From NCBI RefSeq assembly GCF_009914755.1, contig NC_060934.1: a DNA stretch of 64,000 nt; one strand, 5' to 3'. The DNA is from the human T2T-CHM13v2.0 reference genome, Homo sapiens. The notes below the pieces were generated by a model. It searched no databases and was not told the DNA's origin. It saw only the letters and a list, made by a program, of their open reading frames with translations. Position 1 is the first letter of the stretch, and every line of letters starts with the position of its first letter. Below are positions 1 through 11,000 of this stretch, in pieces. The position numbers and the translations under genes were made by a program.

Positions 1-237
1 GACAGAGCAGTTTTGAAAAATTCTTTCTGTGGAATTTGCAAGTGGAGATTTCAAGCGATTTGAGGCTAATCTTTGAAATGGAAATATCTTCGTGTAAAAA
101 CTACACAGAATCATTCTCAGAAACTGCTTTGTCATCTGTGCGTTCAGTTCACAGAGTTTCACCTTTCTCTTCATAGAGCAGTTTGGAAAGACTCTGTCTG
201 TAAAGTCTGCAATTGATTAGTTAGACCCCTTTGAGGC

Positions 238-254
238 CTTCGTTGGAAGCGGGA
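238..254 (+). promoter_or_regulatory. CENP-B box (A-dimer form), first of ~188 box positions at ~340 bp spacing
   Basis: CTTCGTTGGAAGCGGGA matches the nTTCGnnnnAnnCGGGn core. Confidence 0.97.
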
Positions 255-405
255 TTTCTCATTAACTGCTAGACAGAAGAATTCTCAGTAAATCCTTTGT
301 GTTGTGTGTATTCAACTCACAGAGTGGAACCTTCCTTTAGAGAGAGCAGAGTTGAAACACTCTGTTTTTGGAATTTGCAAGTGCAGATTTCAAGCGATTC
401 TAGGC

Positions 406-422
406 CTATGGCAGAAAAGGAA
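406..422 (+). promoter_or_regulatory. pJ-alpha box-like site in the box-less (A-type) monomer, representative copy
   Basis: CTATGGCAGAAAAGGAA lies at the position homologous to the CENP-B box, 171 bp upstream of the box at 577. It resembles the pJ-alpha motif of A-type monomers. Confidence 0.65.
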
Positions 423-576
423 ATATCTTCGTATAAAAACTACACAGAATCATTCTCAACAACTACTTTGTGATGTGTGCGTTCAACTCACAAAGTTTAA
501 CCTTTCTTTTCATAGAGAAGTTTGGAAACACTCTGTTTGTAAAGCCTGCAAGTGCTTTTTTGGACTTCATTGAGGC

Positions 577-593
577 CTTCGTTGGAAACGGGA
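577..593 (+). promoter_or_regulatory. CENP-B box, canonical form used by B, C and D dimers (representative)
   Basis: Exact CTTCGTTGGAAACGGGA. Confidence 0.98.
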
Positions 594-958
594 TTTCTTC
601 ATATAATGCAAGACAGAAGAATTCTCAGTAAATCCTTTGTGTTGTGTTTATTCAACTCACAGAGTGGAACTTTCCTTTATTCAGAGCAGTTTTGAAACAC
701 TCTTTTTGTGGAATTTGCAAGTGGAGATTTCAAGCGATTTGACGCCAATCTTAGACATGGAAATATCTTCATATTAAAAGTACACAGAATCATTCGTAGA
801 AACTAGTTTGTGATGTGTGCCTTCAACTCACAGAGTTTAACCTTTCTTTTCATAGAGCAGTTCGGAAACATTCTATTTGTAAAGTCTGCAAGTGGATATT
901 TGGACCTCTTTGAGGCCTTCGTTGGAAAAGGGATTTCTTCATATAACACTAGACAGAA

Positions 959-2655
959 GAATTCTCAGTCACTTCTTTGTGTTGTGTGTATTCAAGTCAC
1001 AGAGTTGAACCTTCCTTTAGACAGAGCCGTTTTGAAAAATTCTTACTGTGGAATTTGCAAGTGGAGATTTCAAGCGATTTGAGGCTAATCTTTGAAATGG
1101 AAATATCTTCGTGTAAAAACTACACAGAATCATTCTCAGAAACTGCTTTGTCATCTGTGCGCTCAGTTCACAGAGTTTCACCTTTCTCTTCATAGAGCAG
1201 TTTGGAAAGACTCTGTCTGTAAAGTCTGCAAGTGATTAGTTAGACCCCTTTGAGGCCTTCGTTGGAAGCGGGATTTCTCATTTACTGCTAGACAGAAGAA
1301 TTCTCAGTAAATCCTTTGTGTTGTGTGTATTCAACTCACAGAGTGGAACCTGCCTTTATTCAGAGCAGTTTTGAAACACTCTTTTTGTGGAATTTGCAAG
1401 TGGAGATTTTAAGCGATTTGACGCCAATCTTAGACATGGAAAAATCTTCATATTAAAAGTACACAGAGTCATTCGTAGAAACTAGTTTGTGATGTGTGCC
1501 TTCAACTCACAGAGTTTAACCTTTCTTTTCATAGAGCAGTTGGGAAACACTCTATTTGTAAAGTCTGCAAGTGGATATTTGGACCTCTTTGAGGCCTTCG
1601 TTGGAAACGGGATTTCTTCATATAACGCTAGACAGAAGAATTCTCAGTAACTTCTTTGTGTTGTGTGTATTCAACTCACAGAGTTGAACCTTTCTTTAGA
1701 GGGAGCAGAGGTGAAACAGTCTTTTTGTGGAATTTGCTAGTGTAGATTTCAAACGCTTCGAAGTCAGTGATAGAAAAGGATATATCTTCGTATTAAAAGT
1801 AGACAAAATCATTCTCAGAAAACTCTTTGTGATGTGTGTGTTCAACTCACAGAGTTTAAGCTTTCTTTAATCGAGCAGTTTGGAAATACACTCTTTGTAA
1901 GTCTGCAGGTGGATATTTGGCCCTCTTTGAGCCCTTCTTTGGAAACGGGATTTCCTCTTATAATGCTAGACAGAAGAATTCTCAGTAACTTCTCTGTGTT
2001 GTTTGTATTCAACACACAGATTTGAACCTTCCTTTAGAGAGAGCAGATTTGAAACACTCTGTTTTTGGAATTTGCAAGTGCAGATTTCAAGCACTTCTAG
2101 GCCTATGGCAGAAAAGGAAATATCTTCGTATAAAAACTACACAGAATCATTCTCAACAACTACTTTGTGATGTGTGCGTTCAACTCACAGAGTTTAACCT
2201 TTCTTTTCATAGAGCAGTTTGGAAACACTCTGTTTGTAAAGCCTGCAAGTGCTTTTTTGGACTTCATTGAGGCCTTCGTTGGAAACGGGATTTCTTCATA
2301 CAACGCTAGACAGAAGAATTCTCAGTTACTTCTTTGTGTTGTGTGTATTCAACTCACAGAGTTGAAACTTTCTTTAGAGAGAGCAGAGTTGAAACACTCT
2401 GTTTTTGGAATTTGCAAGTGCAGATTTCAAGCGATTCTAGGCCTATGGCAGAAAAGGAAATATCTTCGTATAAAAACTACACAGAATCATTCTCAACAAC
2501 TACTTTGTGATGTGTGCGTTCAACTCACAGAGTTTAAACTTTCTTTTCATAGAGTAGTTTGGAAACACTCTGTTTGTAAAGCCTGCAAGTGCTTTTTTGG
2601 ACTTCATTGAGGCCTTCGTTGGAAACGGGATTTCTTCATATAATGCTAGACAGAA
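959..2655 (+). repeat. 10-mer HOR variant A-B-C-D-D' (1697 bp); others start at 10125, 13859, 33885, 50861
   Basis: Dimer starts at 959, 1298, 1638, 1976, 2316. Two consecutive TAGGCCTATGG-type dimers follow C. Confidence 0.88.
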
Positions 2656-3673
2656 GAATTCTCAGTCACTTCTTTGTGTTGTGTGTATTCAAGTCACAGA
2701 GTTGAACCTTCCTTTAGACAGAGCAGTTTTGAAACACTCTTTTTGTGGAATTTGCAAGTGGAGATTTCAAGCGATTTGACGCCAATCTTAGACATGGAAA
2801 TATCTTCATATTAAAAGTACACAGAATCATTCGTAGAAACTAGTTTGTGATGTGTGCCTTCAACTCACAGAGTTTAACCTTTCTTTTCATAGAGCAGTTG
2901 GGAAACACTCTATTTGTAAAGTCTGCAAGTGGATATTTGGACCTCTTTGAGGCCTTCGTTGGAAACGGGATTTCTTCATACAACGCTAGACAGAAGAATT
3001 CTCAGTAACTTCTTTGTGTTGTGTGTATTCAACTCACAGAGTTCAACTTTTCTTTAGAGAGAGCAGAGTTGAAACACTCTTTTTGTGGAATTTGCTAGTG
3101 CAGATTTCAAACGCTTCGAAGACAGTGATAGCAAAGGATATATATTCGTATTAAAACTAGACAAAATCATTCTCAGAAAACACTTTGTGATGTGTGTGTT
3201 CAACTCACACAGTTTAACCTTTCTTTAATCGAGCAGTTTGGAAATACACTCTTTGTAAGTCTGCAGGTGGATAATTGGCCCTCTTTGAGCCCTTCGTTGG
3301 AAACGGGATTTCCTCATATAATGCTAGACAGAAGAATTCTCAGTAACTTCTTTGTGTTGTTTGTATTCAACTCACAGATTTGAACCTTCCTTTAGAGAGA
3401 GCAGATTTGAAACACTCTGTTTTTGGAATTTGCAAGTGCAGATTTCAAGCGCTTCTAGGCCTATGGCAGAAAAGGAAATATCTTCGTATAAAAACTACAC
3501 AGAATCATTCTCAACAACTACTTTGTGATGTGCGCGTTCAACTCACAGAGTTTAACCTTTCTTTTCACAGAGCAGTTTGGAAACACTCTGTTTGTAAAGC
3601 CTGCAAGTGCTTTTTTGGACTTCATTGAGGCCTTCGTTGGAAACGGGATTTCTTCATATAATGCTAGACAGAA

Positions 3674-4692
3674 GAATTCTCAGTCACTTCTTTGTGTTGT
3701 GTGTATTCAAGTCACAGAGTTGAACCTTCCTTTAGACAGAGCAGTTTTGAAAAATTCTTTCTGTGGAGTTTGCAAGTGGAGATTTCAAGCGATTTGAGGC
3801 TAATCTTTGAAATGGAAATATCTTCGTGTAAAAACTACACAGAATCATTCTCAGAAACTGCTTTGTCATCTGTGCGTTCAGTTCACAGAGTTTCACCTTT
3901 CTCTTCATAGAGCAGTTTGGAAAGACTCTGTCTGTAAAGTCTGCAAGTGATTAGTTAGACCCCTTTGAGGCCTTCGTTGGAAGCGGGATTTCTCATTTAC
4001 TGCTAGACAGAAGAATTCTCAGTAAATCCTTTGTGTTGCGTGTATTCAACTCACAGAGTGGAACCTTCCTTTATTCAGAGCAGTTTTGAAAAACACTTTT
4101 TGTGGAATTTGCAAGTGGAGATTTCAAGCGATTTGACGCCAATCTTAGACATGGAAATATCTTCATATTAAAAGTACACAGAGTCATTCGTAGAAACTAG
4201 TTTGTGATGTGTGCCTTCAACTCACAGAGTTTAACCTTTCTTTTCATAGAGCAGTTTGGAAACACTCTATTTGTAAAGTCTGCAAGTGGATATTTGGACC
4301 TCTTTGAGGCCTTCGTTGGAAACGGGATTTCTTCATACAACGCCAGACAGAACAATTCTCAGTAACTTCTTTGTGTTGTGTGTATTCAACTCACAGAGTT
4401 GAACCTTTCTTTAGAGAGAGCAGAGTTGAAACACTCTGTTTTTGGAATTTGCAAGTGCAGATATCAAGCGATTCTAGGCCTATGGCAGAAAAGGAAATAT
4501 CTTCGTATAAAAACTGCACAGAATCATTCTCAACAACTACTTTGTGATGTGTGCGTTCAACTCACAAAGTTTAACCTTTCTTTTCATAGAGCAGTTTGGA
4601 AACACTCTGTTTGTAAAGCCTGCAATTGCTTTTTTGGACTTCATTGAGGCCTTCGTTGGAAACGGGATTTCTTCATATAATGCTAGACAGAA
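3674..4692 (+). repeat. 6-mer HOR variant A-B-D' (1019 bp); others start at 8087, 9106, 15556, 18610, 23701, 24720, 29133, 31509, 39316, 42372, 43391, 52558
   Basis: A-to-A distance is 1019 bp, mirrored by the ORF-track spacing 3692 to 4711. The C-specific sequence (AAACGCTTCGAAGACAGTG, CTGCAGG) is absent. Confidence 0.92.
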
Positions 4693-5031
4693 GAATTCTC
4701 AGTCACTTCTTTGTGTTGTGTGTATTCAAGTCACAGAGTTGAACCTTCCTTTAGACAGAGCAGTTTTGAAAAATTCTTTCTGTGGAGTTTGCAAGTGGAG
4801 ATTTCAAGCGATTTGAGGCTAATCTTTGAAATGGAAATATCTTCGTGTAAAAACTACACAGAAGCTTTCTCAGAAACTGCTTTGTCATCTGTGCGTTCAG
4901 TTCACAGAGTTTCACCTTTCTCTTCATAGAGCAGTTTGGAAAGACTCTGTCTTTAAAGTCTACAAGTGATTAGTTAGACCCCTTTGAGGCCTTCGTTGGA
5001 AGCGGGATTTCTCATTTACTGCAAGACAGAA
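4693..5031 (+). repeat. Dimer type A (339 bp), representative
   Basis: Diagnostic motifs CAGTCACTT, TTCAAGTCAC, GAGGCTAATCTTTGAAATGG, GATTAGTTAGACCCC, box GGAAGCGGG. Confidence 0.92.
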
Positions 5032-5371
5032 GAATTCTCAGTAAATCCTTTGTGTTGTGTGTATTCAACTCACAGAGTGGAACCTTCCTTTATTCAGAGC
5101 ACTTTTGAAAAACACTTTTAGTGGAATTTGCAAGTGGAGAATTCAAGCGATTTGACGCCAATCTTAGACATGGAAATATCTTCATATTAAAAGTACACAG
5201 AGTCATTCGTAGAAACTAGTTTGTGATGTGTGCCTTCAACTCACAGAGTTTAACCTTTCTTTTCATAGAGCAGTTTGGAAACACTCTATTTGTAAAGTCT
5301 GCAAGTGGATATTTGGACCTCTTTGAGGCCTTCGTTGGAAACGGGATTTCTTCATATAACGCTAGACAGAA
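5032..5371 (+). repeat. Dimer type B (340 bp), representative
   Basis: Diagnostic motifs CAGTAAATCC, GAGTGGAACC, GACGCCAATCTTAGACATGG, AAAGTACAC (RsaI), CATTCGTAGAAACTAGT. Confidence 0.92.
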
Positions 5372-5709
5372 GAATTCTCAGTAACTTCTTTGTGTTGTGT
5401 GTATTCAACTCACCGAGTTGAACCTTTCTTTAGAGAGAGCAGAGTTGAAACACTCTTCTTGTGGAATTTGCTAGTGTAGATTTCAAACGCTTCGAAGACA
5501 GTGATAGAAAAGGATATATCTTCGTATTAAAACTAGACAAAATCATTCTCAGAAAACACTTTGTGATGTGTGTGTTCAACTCACAGAGTTTAACCTTTCT
5601 TTATTCGAGCAGTTTGGAAATACACTCTTTGTAAGTCTGCAGGTGGATAATTGGCCCTCTTTGAGCCCTTCGTTGGAAACGGGATTTCCTCATATAATGC
5701 TAGACAGAA
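5372..5709 (+). repeat. Dimer type C (338 bp), representative
   Basis: Diagnostic motifs TTGCTAGTG, AAACGCTTCGAAGACAGTGATAG, ACTAGACAAAATC, AATACACTCTTTGTAAGTCTGCAGG (PstI), GAGCCCTTCG. Confidence 0.92.
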
Positions 5710-6049
5710 GAATTCTCAGTAACTTCTTTGTGTTGTTTGTATTCAACTCACAGATTTGAACCTTCCTTTAGAGAGAGCAGATTTGAAACACTCTGTTTTT
5801 GGAATTTGCAAGTGCAGATTTAAAGCGCTTCTAGGCCTATGGCAGAAAAGGAAATATCTTCGTATAAAAACTACACAGAATCATTCTCAACAACTACTTT
5901 GTGATGTGTGCGTTCAACTCACAGAGTTTAACCTTTCTTTTCATAGAGCAGTTTGGAAACACTCTGTTTGTAAAGCCTGCAAGTGCTTTTTTGGACTTCA
6001 TTGAGGCCTTCGTTGGAAACGGGATTTCTTCATATAATGCTAGACAGAA
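5710..6049 (+). repeat. Dimer type D (340 bp), representative
   Basis: Diagnostic motifs CACAGATTTGAACC, TTCTAGGCCTATGGCAG, CAACAACTACTTTG, GCCTGCAAGTGCTTTTTTGGACTTCATTG. Confidence 0.92.
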
Positions 6050-8086
6050 GAATTCTCAGTCACTTCTTTGTGTTGTGTGTATTCAAGTCACAGAGTTGAA
6101 CCTTCTTTTAGACAGAGCAGTTTTGAAAAATTCTTTCTGTGGAATTTGCAATTGGAGATTTTAAGAGATTTGAGGCTAATCTTTGAAATGGAAATATCTT
6201 CGTGTAAAAACTACACAGAATCATTCTCAGAAACTGCTTTGTTATGTGTGCGTTCAGTTCACAGAGTTTCACCTTTCTCTTCATAGAGCAGTTTGGAAAG
6301 ACTCTGTCTGTAAAGTCTGCAAGTGATTAGTTAGACCCCTTTGAGGCCTTCGTTGGAAGCGGGATTTCTCATTTACTGCTAGACAGAAGAATTCTCAGTA
6401 AATCCTTTGTGTTGTGTGTATTCAACTCACAGAGTGGAACCTTCCTTTATTCAGAGCAGTTTTGAAAAACACTTTTTGTGGAATTTGCAAGTGGAGATTT
6501 CAAGCGATTTGACGCCAATCTTAGACATGGAAATATCTTCATATTAAAAGTACACAGAGTCATTCGTAGAAACTAGTTTGTGATGTGTGCCTTCAACTCA
6601 CAGAGTTTAACCTTTCTTTTCATAGAGCAGTTTGGAAACACTCTATTTGTAAAGTCTGCAAGTGGATATTTGGACCTCTTTGAGGCCTTCGTTGGAAATG
6701 GGATTTCTTCATACAACACTAGACAGAAGAATTCTCAGTAACTTCTTTGTGTTGTGTGTATTCAACTCACAGAGTTGAACCTTTCTTTAGAGAGAGCAGA
6801 GTTGAAACACTCTGTTTTTGGAATTTGCAAGTGCAGATTTCAAGCGATTCTAGGCCTATGGCAGGAAAGGAAATATCTTCGTATAAAAACTACACAGAAT
6901 CATTCTCAACAACTACTTTGTGATGTGTGCGTTCAACTCACAAAGTTTAACCTTTCTTTTCATAGAGCAGTTTGGAAACACTCTGTTTGTAAAGCCTGCA
7001 AGTGCTTTTTTGGACTTCATTGAGGCCTTCGTTGGAAACGGGATTTCTTCATATAATGCTAGACAGAAGAATTCTCAGTAAATCATTTGTGTTGCGTTTA
7101 CTCAACTCACAGAGTGGAACCTTCCTTTATTCAGAGCAGTTTTGAAACACTCTTTTTGTGGAATTTGCAAGTGGAGATTTCAAGCGATTTGACGCCAATC
7201 TTAGACATGGAAATATCTTCATATTAAAAGTACACAGAATCATTCGTAGAAACTAGTTTGTGATGTGTGCCTTCAACTCACAGAGTTTAACCTTTCTTTT
7301 CATAGAGCAGTTCGGAAACACTCTATTTGTAAAGTCTGCAAGTGGATATTTGGACCTCTTTGAGGCCATCGTTGGAAAAGGGATTTCTTCATATAACGCT
7401 AGACAGAAGAATTTTCAGTAACTTCTTTGTGTTGTGAGTATTCAACTCACAGAGTTCAACTTTTCTTTAGAGAGAGCAGAGTTGAAACACTCTTTTTGTG
7501 GAATTTGCTAGTGCAGATTTCAAACGCTTCGAAGACAGTGATAGCAAAGGGTATATCTTCGTATTAAAACTAGACAAAATCATTCTCAGAAAACACTTTG
7601 TGATGTGTGTGTTCAACTCACAGAGTTTAACCTTTCTTTAATCGAGCAGTTTGGAAATACACTCTTTGTAAGTCTGCAGGTGGATAATTGGCCCTCTTTG
7701 AGCCCTTCGTTGGAAACGGGATTTCCTCATATAATGCTAGACAGAAGAATTCTCAGTAACTTCTTTGTGTTGTTTGTATTCAACTCACAGATTTGAACCT
7801 TCCTTTAGAGAGAGCAGATTTGAAACACTCTGTTTTTGGAATTTGCAAGTGCAGATTTCAAGCGCTTCTAGGCCTATGGCAGAAAAGGAAATATCTTCGT
7901 AGAAAAACTACACAGAATCATTCTCAACAACTACTTTGTGATGTGTGCGTTCAACTCACAGAGTTTAACCTTTCTTTTCATAGAGCAGTTTGGAAACACT
8001 CTGTTTGTAAAGCCTGCAAGTGCTTTTTTGGACTTCATTGAGGCCTTCGTTGGAAACGGGATTTCTTCATATAATGCTAGACAGAA
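6050..8086 (+). repeat. 12-mer HOR variant A-B-D'-B'-C-D (~2037 bp); others start at 11822, 27096, 40335, 44410, 46447, 53577, 55616, 57653, 61045
   Basis: Dimer starts at 6050, 6389, 6729, 7069, 7409, 7747. D' is followed directly by a second B with no intervening A. Confidence 0.9.
6729..7068 (+). repeat. Hybrid dimer D' (first ~72 bp C-type, remainder D-type), representative
   Basis: Begins GAGTTGAACCTTTCTTTAGAGAGAGCAGAGTTG as in C, then switches to D-type CTCTGTTTTTGG...TAGGCCTATGG. Confidence 0.85.
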
Positions 8087-11000
8087 GAATTCTCAGTCAC
8101 TTCTTTGTGTTGTGTGTATTCAAGTCACAGAGTTGAACCTTCTTTTAGACAGAGCAGTTTTGAAAAATTTTTTCTGTGGAATTTGCAAGTGGAGATTTCA
8201 AGCGATTTGAGGCTAATCTTTGAAATGGAAATATCTTCGTGTAAAAACTACAGAGAAGCATTCTCAGAAACTGCTTTGTTATCTGTGCGTTCAGTTCACA
8301 GAGTTTCACCTTTCTCTTCATAGAGCAGTTTGGAAAGACTCTGTCTGTAAAGTCCGCAAGTGATTAGTTAGACCCCTTTGAGGCCTTCGTTGGAAGCGGG
8401 ATTTCTCATTTACTGCTAGACAGAAGATTTCTCAGTAAATCCTTTGTGTTGTGTGTATTCAACTCTCAGAGTGGAACCTTCCTTTATTCAGAGCACTTTT
8501 GAAAAACACTTTTTGTGGAATTTGCAAGTGGAGATTTCAAGCGATTTGACGCCAATCTTAGACATGGAAATATCTTCATATTAAAAGTACACAGAGTCAT
8601 TCGTAGAAACTAGTTTGTGATGTGTGCCTTCAACTCACAGAGTTTAACCTTTCTTTTCATAGAGCAGTTTGGAAACACTCTATTTGTAAAGTCTGCAAGT
8701 GGATATTTGGACCTCTTTGAGGCCTTCGTTGGAAACGGGATTTCTTCATACAACGCTAGACAGAAGAATTCTCAGTAACTTCTTTGTGTTGTTTGTATTC
8801 AACTCACAGAGTTGAACCTTTCTTTAGAGAGAGCAGAGTTGAAACACTCTGTTTTTGGAATTTGCAAGTGCAGATTTCAAGCGATTCTAGGCCTATGGCA
8901 GAAAAGGAAATATCTTCGTATAAAAACTACACAGAATCATTCTCAACAACTACTTTGTGATGTGTGCGTTCAACTCACAGAGTTTTACCTTTCTTTTCAT
9001 AGAGCAGTTTGGAAACACTCTGTTTGTAAAGCCTGCAAGTGCTTTTTTGGACTTCATTGAGGCCTTCTTTGGAAACGGGATTTCTTCATATAATGCTAGA
9101 CAGAAGAATTCTCAGTCACTTCTTTGTGTTGTGTGTATTCAAGTCACAGAGTTGGACCTTCCTTTAGACAGAGCAGTTTTGAAAAATTCTTTCTGTGGAG
9201 TTTGCAAGTGGAGATTTCAAGCGATTTGAGGCTAAACTTTGAAATGGAAATATCTTCGTGTAAAAACTACACAGAATCATTCTCAGAAACTGCTTTGTCA
9301 TCTGTGCGTTCAGTTCACAGAGTTTCACCTTTCTCTTCATAGAGCAGTTTGGAAAGACTCTGTCTGTAAAGTCTGCAAGTGATTAGTTAGACCCCTTTGA
9401 GGCCTTCGTTGGAAGCGGGATTTCTCATTTATTGCTAGACAGAAGAATTCTCAGTAAATCCTTTGTGTTGCGTGTATTCAACTCACAGAGTGGAACCTTC
9501 CTTTATTCAGAGCAGTTTTGAAAAACACTTTTTGTGGAATTTGCAAGTGGAGATTTCAAGCGATTTGACGCCAATCTTAGACATGGAAATATCTTCATAT
9601 TAAAAGTACACAGAGTCATTCGTAGAAACTAGTTTGTGATGTGTGCCTTCAACTCACAGAGTTTAACCTTTCTTTACATAGAGCAGTTTGGAAACACTCT
9701 ATTTGTAAAGTCTGCAAGTGGATATTTGGACCTCTTTGAGGCCTCCGTTGGAAACGGGATTTCTTCATACAACGCCAGACAGAAGAATTCTCAGTAACTT
9801 CTTTGTGTTGTGTGTATTCAACTCACAGAGTTGAACCTTTCTTTAGAGAGAGCAGAGTTGAAACACTCTGTTTTTGGAATTTGCAAGTGCAGATATCAAG
9901 CGATTCTAGGCCTATGGCAGAAAAGGAAATATCTTCGTATAAAAACTGCACAGAATCATTCTCAACAACTACTTTGTGATGTGTGCGTTCAACTCACAAA
10001 GTTTAACCTTTCTTTTCATAGAGCAGTTTGGAAACACTCTGTTTGTAAAGCCTGCAATTGCTTTTTTGGACTTCATTGAGGCCTTCGTTGGAAACGGGAT
10101 TTCTTCATATAATGCTAGACAGAAGAATTCTCAGTCACTTCTTTGTGTTGTGTGTATTCAAGTCACAGAGTTGAACCTTCCTTTAGACAGAGCAGTTTTG
10201 AAAAATTCTTTCTGTGGAGTTTGCAAGTGGAGATTTCAAGCGATTTGAGGCTAATCTTTGAAATGGAAATATCTTCGTGTAAAAACTACACAGAAGCATT
10301 CTCAGAAACTGCTTTGTCATCTGTGCGTTCAGTTCACAGAGTTTCACCTTTCTCTTCATAGAGCAGTTTGGAAAGACTCTGTCTTTAAAGTCTGCAAGTG
10401 ATTAGTTAGACCCCTTTGAGGCCTTCGTTGGAAGCGGGATTTCTCATTTACTGCTAGACAGAAGAATTCTCAGTAAATCCTTTGTGTTGTGTGTATTCAA
10501 CTCACAGAGTGGAACCTTCCTTTATTCAGAGCACTTTTGAAAAACACTTTTAGTGGAATTTGCAAGTGGAGATTTCAAGCGATTTGACGCCAATCGTAGA
10601 CATGGAAATATCTTCATATTAAAAGTACACAGAATCATTCGTAGAAACTAGTTTGTGATGTGTGCCTTCAACTCACAGAGTTTAACCTTTCTTTTCATAG
10701 AGCAGTTCGGAAACATTCTATTTGTAAAGTCTGCAAGTGGATATTTGGACCTCTTTGAGGCCTTCGTTGGAAAAGGGATTTCTTCATATAACACTAGACA
10801 GAAGAATTCTCAGTAACTTCTTTGTGTTGTGTGTATTCAACTCACAGAGTTGAACCTTTCTTTAGAGAGAGCAGAGTTGAAACACTCTTTTTGTGGAATT
10901 TGCTAGTGCAGATTTCAAACGCTTCGAAGACAGTGATAGAAAAGGATATATCTTCGTATTAAAACTAGCCAAAATCATTCTCAGAAAACACTTTGTGATG

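Larger units (their letters stand above)
4693..6049 (+). repeat. Canonical 8-mer HOR A-B-C-D (1357 bp); others start at 25739, 30152, 32528, 37959, 59689
   Basis: Four distinct dimers start at 4693, 5032, 5372, 5710. ORF-track spacing 4711 to 6068 is 1357. Confidence 0.92.

Noticed and set aside
2167-2610. Longest ORF class (147 aa; also 11333, 35093, 37470)
   Set aside because: It arises only because a CAGTAAC>CAGTTAC SNV removes a stop at the D-D' junction. It is a haplotype marker, not a gene.
3674-4692. Assignment to the SF1 6-mer arrays D7Z1 or D1Z7/D5Z2/D19Z3 because of the 1019 bp unit
   Set aside because: The 6-mer here contains a C/D hybrid dimer and derives from a four-dimer 8-mer, which does not fit a primary 6-mer or dimer array. 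This judgement was made without alignment.
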